Below are positions 22,087 through 52,000 of a stretch of 64,000 bases of DNA, one piece after another. The position numbers were made by a program, and so were the translations under genes. The stretch lies in the NCBI GenBank assembly GCA_002269645.1, contig NIVC01001395.1, positions 233,505 through 297,504 of the forward strand, in the 5' to 3' direction. How positions within the stretch are numbered: the first letter of the stretch is position 1; each line of letters starts with the position of its first letter. A model generated the notes under the pieces. It made no database searches. It saw nothing but the letters and a program-made list of their open reading frames with translations, and was not told where the DNA came from. The DNA comes from Macrostomum lignano. Taxonomy: Eukaryota.

Positions 22087-22737
22087 TTATAGTTTTTTTA
22101 ACGTCTCGTATTTTACTGCTGGTTTCTGCCGCCTCTTTGGTTCGCGAAGTTGGTATGAAGCATGCCTGTAGGCATCGCTGCCACGATCTTCATATTTTTT
22201 AATTTCATTCTGGCCACTGGCTTGGTCTTTGTGGAAGTCGTTGTAGAAATCATTAGTTCCAATTGCTTGCTCGACTAAAAAATCGTCTCGATCCGGATCC
22301 GTGCCGACTTCTTTTTTCACACTGACTTCTTCTTGTTGGTGTCGTCCTAGTAGAGCTTTTGCAATATCTGCCTCTTCGGCCAGGGCCCAAAAAGCGGTAC
22401 TATATTTTGGGCTTGGGCGGTCGCGCCTTTCATTCGATGTAATCTCCTTCAATAGATCGAAAATATTGCTTCCTGGCCAGGTTTTTCCATCAAATACAAT
22501 TTCCCACGACTTGTTGTACTCCAAATTTGGGTATCTTTCTGTCAGCATGTCCCAAACAAGTTGTTGTCGTTCAGGAAAACGATTACTCTTCTTTTGCTTG
22601 ATCTGACTTAGTTTATTTTGGAGTTGAGTGTTGTATTCAATGAGTTTTTCATATTCTGTTTTGGATGCAATTTCTCGGGGTGCGCCTTGACTTAGTCTAT
22701 TAAATTCTTCTTCTGGTACAACAACGTATTTATTCAT
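22087..22737 (-). CDS. conserved Polinton hypothetical protein (GSNI.DL motif family)
   Basis: MNKYVVVPEEEFNRL start directly after the upstream stop, and WEIVFDGKTWPGSNIFDLL resembles a recurrent Polinton unknown protein. Confidence 0.65.
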   Translation of the reverse strand: MNKYVVVPEEEFNRLSQGAPREIASKTEYEKLIEYNTQLQNKLSQIKQKKSNRFPERQQLVWDMLTERYPNLEYNKSWEIVFDGKTWPGSNIFDLLKEITSNERRDRPSPKYSTAFWALAEEADIAKALLGRHQQEEVSVKKEVGTDPDRDDFLVEQAIGTNDFYNDFHKDQASGQNEIKKYEDRGSDAYRHASYQLREPKRRQKPAVKYETLKKL

Positions 22738-22738
22738 T

Positions 22739-23095
22739 TTAGCGACCGAGTAGTCCGCCAAACAGGCTTGATATTAGCGGTGCAGCAACGGATGCAAGGA
22801 TGGGTAGAAAGCCACCGACTTGAGGATTCGAGAGAAGCATATTCTTCTTCCTATTTATAGACAATTTTGTGTCTGCCAATTCACGCAACGATCTTCTGTA
22901 TCGCTTTAATCGCAGATACTGTTTCGGAGAAAGATCGATATTTCCCCGGAGCACGTTGTGACTCAATTCACAGAGACAATGAATCAGTTCCTTGCCTGCA
23001 CCTCGAATAATTGCCCGCCGAAGAGCGGGTCGGGCTTTGGCGAGCTCTGCGAGCTCGCCGCGACAAGAACATAGTCTGGAGATTCCGTTTGTCAT
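22739..23095 (-). CDS. adenovirus pX-like core protein (conserved in adintoviruses)
   Basis: LIHCLCELSHNVLRGNIDLS..LKRYRRSLRELA..KK.ML..QVGGFLPILASVAAPLISSL. The GGFLP.L tail resembles adenovirus pX. Real ATG at 23095. Confidence 0.75.
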   Translation of the reverse strand: MTNGISRLCSCRGELAELAKARPALRRAIIRGAGKELIHCLCELSHNVLRGNIDLSPKQYLRLKRYRRSLRELADTKLSINRKKNMLLSNPQVGGFLPILASVAAPLISSLFGGLLGR

Positions 23096-23341
23096 TTTGT
23101 TTAGCAAAAAGATGTTGGTTGCAGTGCACTGCAATTTATGCACAATATATTTATAGACAATTTCATAGCAGCTTGTACGTACATACAAATTCGGTACAGT
23201 GGTAAAACAGTAAAGTTACGCAACAGCTACATGGATTAGACATGCAAAACGCTAGTCACATGATCGTACATTTGACAGAGCTCTTTAAAGCTTCGTATTC
23301 CAAGAAAAACAAGGTGGCCATTCTTTCCGCATAATAAACAT

Positions 23342-23716
23342 TTAGCCTTGCGAAATGGAGACTTTATTACTATTCCATTGAAAACTTCGCACTCCCACTT
23401 CACCCAGTGGGACCCGTAGTATGCAATTTGGAAAAAAAATTGGCAATCTGTCTACTTCAGCGCGGTAAGTACTAGTGGTAACAACAACAGAAATTGGTTT
23501 ACATTGAGGAAAAAGACGCAAAACTTGGTTGACTGAGCGACAACCGAATACAATTGCAGACAAAGAACGCTGAAAAAAGTTGATTGTACATTTTCCTATT
23601 CGCAAATTGATAAGAGCTCTTGGTCTGCGAAATGTCCGTGCGCTCGCCCAGTCCAAGTCAGGCATGCGGCTCCATTTCGCGCAAAACACTCGTTTCACAC
23701 ACTCGACGTTCTGCAA
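23342..23716 (-). CDS. TBP (TATA-binding protein)-like domain, no in-frame ATG
   Basis: Hand alignment to the TBP core: LQNVECVKRVFC ~ LQNIVSTVNLGC; ALINLRI ~ AAVIMRI at identical spacing; IVFGCRSVNQ ~ VCTGAKSEEQ; second repeat FPNCILRV..SNKVSI ~ FPGLIYRM..SGKVVL. The track start is TTG. Confidence 0.55.
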   Translation of the reverse strand: MQNVECVKRVFCAKWSRMPDLDWASARTFRRPRALINLRIGKCTINFFQRSLSAIVFGCRSVNQVLRLFPQCKPISVVVTTSTYRAEVDRLPIFFPNCILRVPLGEVGVRSFQWNSNKVSISQG

Positions 23717-24447
23717 GTAGATTTTTCGGCAGTTTTTACTTTCGTATCCTTCTTGGGGGCTTTCGACCGCTTCTTTGATTCGTTGGCTGCTACTAGTTTC
23801 GATTGATGCTGTCGCTTTCTGGCCTGATTTTTAGGCACCTTTGGCTGCTTCTCCTTGACAAGCTTTGGTGGTTTCTTTGCTTTCTTGCTTACTTTCTTGG
23901 TGCCTACCTTGATTTTTGGAGGTGGCATCCAATAGCAACGGTCGAATGCCTGTTTGGCTTCTTCGACAAACTGTAGCTGTTGAATTTTTGGCATTGCGGT
24001 CAAAACAGCGTCTCGAATCACGGCCGTGTCGAGAGTAAACAGAATCCTGTAGTAGCCGCTCTTGTTTTTGTAATCCTTTACAGGCAGTCCGTTCTGGTCG
24101 TACATTTTAAAGTCGTGAGCCAGCCCAAACGCTGCACTGTCACCTCCAAACGCTGGGTTGTAGCCCAGCAGAGCTAGACTTTCGCTGGAAAGGTGCTCCG
24201 CCACAGTGTTGAAAGTGTAGGGTATGCAGCTTTCAATGTGTTTTTGTGCAATGATGATGAATTCGCGACCTTCGTTGTCAGTACGCACACCTTTGACAAT
24301 CAAAACAGGGACCGCATTGGCCAAGTAGAGAGGTCCCTGTTCGTCATATTCAATGTCAAACGTTTCAACCCCGTTGAAGCTCGGACCTCGCGGTTTGAGT
24401 GCCAGCAGCTCTCGCTTGACGCAGTTGAAGTCTTGCACTGTCTCCAT
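23695..24447 (-). CDS. hypothetical protein: possible OB-fold ssDNA-binding domain plus Lys-rich tail
   Basis: 250-aa ORF with ATG and an upstream TATGTAAG. MYDQNG..KSGYYRILFTL..KIQQLQFVE loosely resembles gp2.5/DUF2815-type SSBs; the last ~70 aa are very Lys-rich. Confidence 0.6.
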   Translation of the reverse strand: METVQDFNCVKRELLALKPRGPSFNGVETFDIEYDEQGPLYLANAVPVLIVKGVRTDNEGREFIIIAQKHIESCIPYTFNTVAEHLSSESLALLGYNPAFGGDSAAFGLAHDFKMYDQNGLPVKDYKNKSGYYRILFTLDTAVIRDAVLTAMPKIQQLQFVEEAKQAFDRCYWMPPPKIKVGTKKVSKKAKKPPKLVKEKQPKVPKNQARKRQHQSKLVAANESKKRSKAPKKDTKVKTAEKSTCRTSSV

Positions 24448-24565
24448 GTCTCTTGTCTGTTTAGAAAAATTTGCAGGTACGGGCGCTTGCAGATGCTTCG
24501 GGCTGGTGCTTACATACCCGAGAGTCTCAATAAGTTTTTGTTTTAATTACACGATAACGAGCTTT

Positions 24566-25078
24566 TTACAGAGTTGTCGTTATCGAGGATTCCGGAAAAA
24601 TGAACCTTTTGTTTCTATTTTCGGGTGCTGGCGTTGGAGGCGTGCTGAAATCCTTGCTCCAAGTTGCGGGTAGTTCAAGCTTTGGCGGCCTGTTCCTCTT
24701 GTGCTTTGGCAGCCAAAAATTCCAAATCTTTTGTTGCTCCTCCCACGACGGATTATACAGATCTTGATGGTTCCGAAAACGTATTTTTTGGCGATGCTCT
24801 TCACTTAGTATCGGAGCCAGTAATCTCTCCATTCGTGCTAAATCAGCTTTGAATCTCATTTTGTCCCGTAGTTGCTCATTTATCCTGGCTGCTGCGTAGT
24901 CTTGGCTGTCGTAGGGGCCTTGATCAATTTCCTCGACCTTGGCATTGAAGGTGACTAATCGCTCGGAAATCGGTTTGCTGTGGCAAATGCACAACCAGTC
25001 AGCAGATTTTTTCAAGGCCTCATATTCGTCTTTTTCCTCGTTCGATAATAGGGGGTAGTCTCTGGAAATCCAGCTCAT
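24566..25078 (-). CDS. hypothetical protein (170 aa), no recognised family
   Basis: ATG-started ORF with TATATAAG at 25200-25207; its C-terminal part is duplicated at 25157-25406. Confidence 0.6.
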   Translation of the reverse strand: MSWISRDYPLLSNEEKDEYEALKKSADWLCICHSKPISERLVTFNAKVEEIDQGPYDSQDYAAARINEQLRDKMRFKADLARMERLLAPILSEEHRQKIRFRNHQDLYNPSWEEQQKIWNFWLPKHKRNRPPKLELPATWSKDFSTPPTPAPENRNKRFIFPESSITTTL

Positions 25079-25156
25079 TTCTTGTCAAGCACTTGCTGCG
25101 TTGTTCGCACTAGTGGTGGGAATGTTATTTGAGCTTAGAAAACTGCCGAGAATCCG

Positions 25157-25501
25157 AGAAAAATTTGCAGGTACGGGTGCTTGGTGCTCCAGGTTGGTGC
25201 TTATATACCCGAGAGTCTCAATAAGTTTTTTTTAATTACATGTTAACGAGCTTTTTACGGTGTTGTCGTTATCGAGGATTCCAGAAAAAATGAGCCTTTT
25301 GTACCTATTTTCGGTGCTGGCGTTGGAGGCCTTGCTCCTTGCTCCAAGTTGTTGGCAATTCATGCTTTGGCGGTCTGATCCTCTTGTGCTTTGGCAACCA
25401 AAAATTGCTTGTCAAACACTGCGTTTTCCACACGATTGGGTTGTTAATTGAACTTGGTGAATTTAGATAAACGGCCGAGAATCCAAATTTTCTTATTTAT
25501 A
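25157..25501 (-). pseudogene. internally deleted, degenerate upstream copy of the 170-aa gene with its own TATA box
   Basis: 25157-25406 aligns to 24463-24721 (NFWLPKHKR.RPPK.ELP.TWSK). 25407-25420 matches 25081-25093, GCCGAGAATCC occurs at both 25474 and 25145, and there is no ATG. Confidence 0.75.
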
Positions 25502-25705
25502 GTTTGCTGTCTGAACAAAATTGGTTTGGCATCTTGTTAAACGAGAATATTTCATGCATAGAAGTTTGTGTTTTCAGACCTTGATGACGTGTCTGGCTAT
25601 AAAGTTAGCATTGTGGCTCGACCGGGTTGTTGCGTAACACTGCTGCAGGTAGCTATATCGGCCAGCGCAGGGCAGAGGGGTGGACAGCGGCGATTTACTG
25701 GCTGA

Positions 25706-26278
25706 CTGACTCATCATGCCTCCGCGCGGGGCCGCCAATTAATTGTGAGGGGCGACAGAATATTTTCTTGGATGGGTGGGCGCTAATTCTGCGCGTACAC
25801 GAAGTTTGGGTATGATCGAACAGCTATGGGGTGGGCGGACGCTACAATTCTGTGCGTACACCAATTTTGGGATGGACAGTAAATATGGAGAAGTAATAAT
25901 ATGGACAGTTATGGGGTGGGTCGGCGCGCGTTAATTCTGCCAATTTTGGTATATGGACAGTTAATATGTACAGTTAATTCTGCGTACACCAATGCTGCAT
26001 TGTGTGGGGCTGGGCGCGCGCATTTCTACGTACAACAACTGCTACGGTGAAGCGCTAATTATGCGTACTATATTGTACTCGTCGCTTCTGCACGATACAG
26101 TGATTACATGTATAATTAGATTTACATGAGAGTTACATGCATAAATGTCTCACATAATGACTTACAGGGTCTGGACCAATTAGAAGAGGTCTAATGTATT
26201 TAGATAGGCGTTGAATTTGCATTGGCTCTGACACCCACCTCACCTCCAAAACCCAGCAGTTTCTGCACGATACGTAGT
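25706..26278 (-). repeat. right terminal inverted repeat
   Basis: Reverse complement of 16150-16722, followed by TSD CATGAA. Confidence 0.97.
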
Positions 26279-26417
26279 CATGAAAGACACCTGGACGTCC
26301 TACTCGAAGCGTGTCCAATGCAAGACTCTCCATCAAATCTGATTATGACTTATGGGGAAATTGCTGAAATTCTGTGACTTACGAATTAGAACTCTGTTTC
26401 TTAATAATAATTGATTA

Positions 26418-26698
26418 CACCTGCCCTAATGGGTCAGATGTGCAACCGACAGCTCAGCCGCAGCTATTGCGCGGCGCATCTGAAGGCTGCGTACGGCTGT
26501 TCAGTCCAATGACTGGGGGTCGCCACACACCCCCAATTACCCCAGCTAATGCTGGCATTCATTTTACAGCTGGGTGAACTGAAGCAATGCAGAGTTAAGT
26601 GTCTTTCTCAAGGACACAAATTGTTCTGAGTGGGTCGAGAATCGAACCCGCGACCTTCAAGTCGTGAGTCCGACGCTCTGACCACTAGGCTAGAACCC
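26418..26698 (-). mobile_element. tRNA/CORE-like SINE, near full-length copy
   Basis: Reverse complement matches 8471-8700 (B box, CORE-like domain, CAACCGACAGCTCAGCCG tail). Confidence 0.78.
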
Positions 26699-27020
26699 CT
26701 TAGTCTTTCTCCTACTATTTCTTAAGATATGAAAACTAAAAGTTGTGACAGTACAAAGTCGAAATCTACAAGTAGTTGTTACATCTGATTTTTCCCGACA
26801 ATGTGATCTGCTTGAGCACGTTAGTAAAATCCTGTTTTACTCTGCTTTCCGTGATTAAGTATATTTGAAAACTTATTTTTTATTCAAATTGAATTGATTT
26901 ATCGCAGGTGTGGTAATTTTAATAAAGTTTTGTTAGCTAAGAGAAACAATCAGGGTTTAAAAATTAGCGAAAAAATTTGAGGTAAATCATGTTGCGCAAA
27001 GATAAGGTTAAAAATTAAAA

Positions 27021-27145
27021 CCCCAGCTAATGCTGGCACCCATTTTACAGCTAGGTGAGCTGAAACAATGCAGAGTTGAGTGTGTCTTGCTCAAAGAGTG
27101 AGTCGAGAATCGAACCCGCGACCTTTCAATCGTGAGTTTCGATGA
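27021..27145 (-). mobile_element. truncated copy of the same SINE
   Basis: CCCCAGCTAATGCTGGCA..TTTTACAGCT.GGTGA.CTGAA.CAATGCAGAGTT..GTCGAGAATCGAACCCGCGACCTT shared with 26540-26660. Confidence 0.72.
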
Positions 27146-27286
27146 CCCAATAAAAGCACTTGATATCTTAGTTATTCTGTTGGTCCACCATTAAATCCAG
27201 CGAAAGAACCTGCATGTAACTTTTCCGGTGTTAAAAATATTCACAACTAATTCACTGACACCCTTCTGAAACGAAAGTTCCAGAAA

Positions 27287-46798
<19,512 letters not shown>

Positions 46799-47544
46799 GA
46801 TCAGCTCGATCTTCTACGGAGACAGCCGGAGAGTGTCAGTCTGCCTGTGCACTGTGGGTGCTCTCCGGTTCTTTGAGTGAGGGAACTTAAAATTGCAGGG
46901 AGAAATTTTGTGGCCACAGCCGCTGCTGCTGTCGCCCTACTTGAGACAGAGAGCTTGGGAGCAAACTGGGGAGAGAGGAAGAGAGTGGAAGAGAACGTGA
47001 AGGGAAGGGAGAGGGTTGCAGCGTACAGTCTGACCAAGCCTTGTCCCTATCCGTCACCTTCACCCCCAGCAAAGCTCATTGAGCTGCTCCCCCCGAGTGA
47101 AGGAGGGAGACGGGGAGCTCAGCTTTCCTGTGTCCCCCCCCCTGATCTGCATGTGAGCTCAGGAACGTTCCTCAAATCCTTGCGCCCATCAGCAGTTCAA
47201 ATTTTATTCTTTGGTCGCGTACGGTAGAGCGAGTAAAGTCTGTTTAGCGGACCTCTTTTCCCTCCCTGCGCTTCACTTCTGTCTTCTTTATAATTATCTC
47301 TCAATCTCTCTGACCAGTTCGGATGGGAATGGGAAATAAGTGTACATGCGCGCACTGGAGCATATCTGCTTAGACGACCCCTTAGGTATTTATGGTATTG
47401 CCTAGACTACTACTACAGAGACCATTTTTAGGTAGAAAACTATTGGGGGTTGGGAAATTGGCAAAAAGAGATTGTCCATTTAATCATATCCCACTCTTCC
47501 CTTTGCAGACAGATCCTGTGTTTTAATAGCAGAATAGAAAGAAA

Positions 47545-48340
47545 AGAGGAGAGGAGGAGAGAGGAGAGGAGAGGATAGCAGGAGAGGAGAGGAGAGAGGA
47601 GACGAGAGGAGAGAGGAAAGAGGAGAGAGGAGAGAGGAGAGAGGAGAGAGGAAAGAGGAGAGAGGAGAGGGGAGAGAGGAGAGAGGAAAGAGGAAAGAGG
47701 AGAGAGGAGAGAGGAGAGAGGAGAGAGGAGAGGGGAGAGAGCAGAAAGGAGAAAGAAGAAAGGAGAGAGGAGAGAGGAGAGAGCAGAAAGGAGAAAGGAG
47801 AAAGGAGAGGAGAGAGGAGAGTTGAGAGTGGAGAGAGGAGAGAGGAGAGAGGAAAGAGGAGAGAGGAGAGAGGAGAGAGGAGAGAGGAGAAAGGAGAGGA
47901 GAGGAGAGAGGAGAGAGGAGAGAGGAGAGAGGAGAGAGGAGAAATGAGAGAGGAGAGAGGAGAGAGGAGAGAGGAGAGAGGACAGAGCAGAGAGCAGAGA
48001 GGAGAAAGGAGAGGAGAGAGCAGAGAGGAGAAAGGAGAGAGGAGAGGAGAGAGCAGAGAGGAGAAAGGAGAAAGGAGAGGAGAGAGGAGAGAGGAGAGAG
48101 GAGAGAGGAGAGAGGAGAGAGGAGAGAGGAGAGAGGAGAGAGGAGAGGAGAGAGCAGAGAGGAGAAAGGAGAAAGGAGAGGAGAGAGGAGAGAGGAGAGA
48201 GGAGAGAGGAGAGAGGAGAGAGGAGAGAGGAGAGAGGAGAGAGGAGAGAGGAGAGAGGAGAGAGGAGAAAGGAGAGAGGAGAGAGGAGAGAGGAAAGAGG
48301 AGAGAGGAGAGAGGAGAAAGGAGAGAGGAGAGAGGAGAGA
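47545..48340. repeat. (GAGAGGA)n purine satellite
   Basis: Read directly; shares a GAGGATAGCAGGAGAGG variant with 52675-54010. Confidence 0.93.
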
Positions 48341-49018
48341 TAGTAGAATGATAAATAAGCCGAAGGCAATACCGCAGACACTTTGCCAAACAAAAATCCC
48401 AAAGACCGACCCACCTGGCTTAAAAGCCTCTCGTGCACTCCCAAAGCTGCCCGCCAACCAAGCAAGGCAGGATCCGGGCCTTCCAGTGCAAGATGAAATG
48501 CGAACGCCCCGGATCTTAGTAGCTAAAATGAATTTTTCTATGAGGGCTGGTCGCATAAAAGTAAAATATCAACCCCGTAGGCTTTACAGAAAGCTCTTGC
48601 GCCCAATAGAATCCTCGTCCCCAATTCTGCAATAAATAGTTCGCCAAAATACCCTAGGCACCACCTTACGGCCCATCATCTGGCAGCCAAACATGGCCTC
48701 TCCAAGTTTCTAGGGAATAGCCAGACCATCCCTTCGGATCGTTAGGCGTAAATAGCGTTTAAAACGGTGTTTTTTTCCCTCCTGCCCTGTCTACCAAAGA
48801 CTCCCCGCTGCTAACTGGCGGCTGGCCAGTAGAAGGTAAGAAATGGTCCAAGCTAGCTGCTTTAAACAGAATTTGATTGGCCGACAAGTACACGGTCGAA
48901 TGTGTTTCACCTCACCTAACCACCTAATCCATTTATGACTGCCAGGGTATCTGCAAGGCCAGCCTAACTAGGAGCTTTCCTTCTTCGAGTTTGTCTTTTT
49001 GGAGAATAAGCCGAAGCA

Positions 49019-52000
49019 ATGATGCGGAAGCAATCTCCGCAATTTCTGTTCCTACTGCAGTTGCTGCTGCCCATATCTGCTTCCGGGTGGAGCAGCTCGT
49101 CTGGAGCCAGCCTAGCCATTGTATTTGACACCACAGGTTCCATGAAAGACGATCTTGTTGGAGTGAAACGCGGTGTGACCAGGATTTTGCAGGAGCCGGA
49201 CTCGAGAAGAGGAACTGCGGTTTCTAATTACATCTTGGTACGGGTCAATGAGCCAGGTAAGGAGTCTACTCACTGTAAATCACTGTAGCTCACTGTAAAT
49301 CACTGTAGCTCACTGTAACTCACTGTAACTCACTGTAACTCACTGTAACTCACTGTAACTCACTGTAACTCACTGTAACTCACTGTAACTCATCATTGTA
49401 ACTCACTGTAACTCACTGTAGCTCACTGTAACTCATCATTGTAACTCACTGTAACTCACTGTAGCTCACTGTAACTCACTGTAACTCACTGTAGCTCACT
49501 GTAACTCACTGTAACTCACTGTAACTCACTGTAACTCATCATTGTAACTCACTGTAGCTCACTGTAACTCACTGTAACTCACTGTAACTCACTGTAACTC
49601 ATCATTGTAACTCACTGTAACTCACTGTAGCTCACTGTAACTCATCATTGTAACTCACTGTAACTCACTGTAGCTCACTGTAGCTCACTGTAACTCACTG
49701 TAACTCACTGTAACTCACTGTAACTCACTGTAACTCATCATTGTAACTCACTGTAGCTCACTGTAACTCACTGTAACTCACTGTAACTCACTGTAACTCA
49801 TCATTGTAACTCACTGTAACTCACTGTAGCTCACTGTAACTCATCATTGTAACTCACTGTAACTCACTGTAGCTCACTGTAGCTCACTGTAACTCACTGT
49901 AACTCACTGTAACTCATCATTGTAACTCACTGTAACTCACTGTAGCTCACTGTAACTCATCATTGTAACTCACTGTAACTCACTGTAGCTCACTGTAACT
50001 CACTGTAACTCACTGTAGCTCACTGTAACTCACTGTAACTCACTGTAACTCATCATTGTAACTCACTGTAACTCACTGTAGCTCACTGTAACTCATCATT
50101 GTAACTCACTGTAAATCACTGTAACTCACTGTAACTCACTGTAGCTCACTGTAACTCATCATTGTAACTCACTGTAACTCACTGTAACTCACTGTAACTC
50201 ACTGTAACTCACTGTAACTCACTGTAACTCACTGTAACTCACTGTAGCTCACTGTAACTCACTGTAACTCACTGTAGCTCACTGTAACTCATCATTGTAA
50301 CTCACTGTAGCTCACTGTAACTCACTGTAACTCACTGTAGCTCACTGTAACTCATCATTGTAACTCACTGTAACTCACTGTAACTCACTGTAGCTCACTG
50401 TAACTCATCATTGTAACTCACTGTAACTCACTGTAGCTCACTGTAACTCATCATTGTAACTCACTGTAACTCACTGTAGCTCACTGTAACTCACTGTAAC
50501 TCACTGTAGCTCACTGTAACTCACTGTAACTCACTGTAGCTCACTGTAACTCGCTGTAACTCACTGTAACTCACTGTAACTCACTGTAACTCACTGTAAC
50601 TCACTGTAACTCATCATTGTAACTCACTGTAACTCACTGTAACTCACTGTAGCTCACTGTAACTCACTGTAGCTCACTGTAACTCATCATTGTAACTCAC
50701 TGTAAATCACTGTAACTCACTGTAACTCACTGTAGCTCACTGTAACTCATCATTGTAACTCACTGTAACTCACTGTAACTCACTGTAACTCACTGTAACT
50801 CACTGTAACTCACTGTAACTCACTGTAGCTCACTGTAACTCACTGTAACTCACTGTAACTCATCATTGTAACTCACTGTAAATCACTGTAACTCACTGTA
50901 ACTCACTGTAGCTCACTGTAACTCATCATTGTAACTCACTGTAACTCACTGTAACTCACTGTAACTCACTGTAACTCACTGTAACTCACTGTAACTCACT
51001 GTAACTCACTGTAGCTCACTGTAACTCACTGTAACTCACTGTAGCTCACTGTAACTCATCATTGTAACTCACTGTAGCTCACTGTAACTCACTGTAACTC
51101 ACTGTAGCTCACTGTAGCTCACTGTAACTCACTGTAACTCACTGTAGCTCACTGTAACTCATCATTGTAACTCACTGTAACTCACTGTAGCTCACTGTAA
51201 CTCATCATTGTAACTCACTGTAACTCACTGTAACTCACTGTAGCTCACTGTAGCTCACTGTAACTCACTGTAACTCACTGTAGCTCACTGTAACTCACTG
51301 TAACTCACTGTAGCTCACTGTAACTCATCATTGTAACTCACTGTAGCTCACTGTAACTCACTGTAACTCACTGTAACTCACTGTAGCTCACTGTAACTCA
51401 CTGTAACTCACTGTAGCTCACTGTAACTCATCATTGTAACTCACTGTAGCTCACTGTAACTCACTGTAGCTCACTGTAGCTCACTGTAACTCACTGTAAC
51501 TCACTGTAACTCACTGTAACTCACTGTAACTCATTGTAGCTCACTGTAGCTCACTGTAACTCACTGTAACTCACTGTAACTCACTGTAACTCACTGTAAC
51601 TCACTGTAACTCATTGTAGCTCACTGTAGCTCACTGTAGCTCACTGTAACTCACTGTAACTCACTGTAGCTCACTGTAACTCACTGTAACTCACTGTAGC
51701 TCACTGTAACTCATCATTGTAACTCACTGTAGCTCACTGTAACTCACTGTAGCTCACTGTAGCTCACTGTAACTCACTGTAACTCACTGTAACTCACTGT
51801 AACTCACTGTAACTCATTGTAACTCACTGTAGCTCACTGTAACTCACTGTAGCTCACTGTAGCTCACTGTAACTCACTGTAACTCACTGTAACTCACTGT
51901 AACTCACTGTAACTCACTGTAGCTCACTGTAGCTCACTGTAACTCACTGTAACTCACTGTAACTCACTGTAACTCACTGTAACTCATTGTAGCTCACTGT

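Larger units (their letters stand above)
16150..26278 (-). mobile_element. endogenous Polinton/Maverick (adintovirus-like) element, 10,129 bp, lacking pPolB
   Basis: 573-bp TIRs, 6-bp TSD CATGAA (16144-16149 and 26279-26284), and hallmark genes ATPase, adenain, DJR major capsid, penton and rve-chromodomain integrase, all on the minus strand. Confidence 0.96.

Noticed and set aside
23200-25700. Search for pPolB, helicase or fusogen remnants in the variable end of the element
   Set aside because: No Exo/Pol motifs, Walker motifs or long hydrophobic envelope-like ORFs were seen in the ORF track or the parts I translated; very degraded relics cannot be excluded without tBLASTN.
47340-49000. Unique-looking sequence between the divergent LRR and hemicentin starts (ORFs 47480-48556, 48348-48635)
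   Set aside because: The ORFs are satellite-driven or short with no motifs; probably promoter or TE debris, unsupported as genes.
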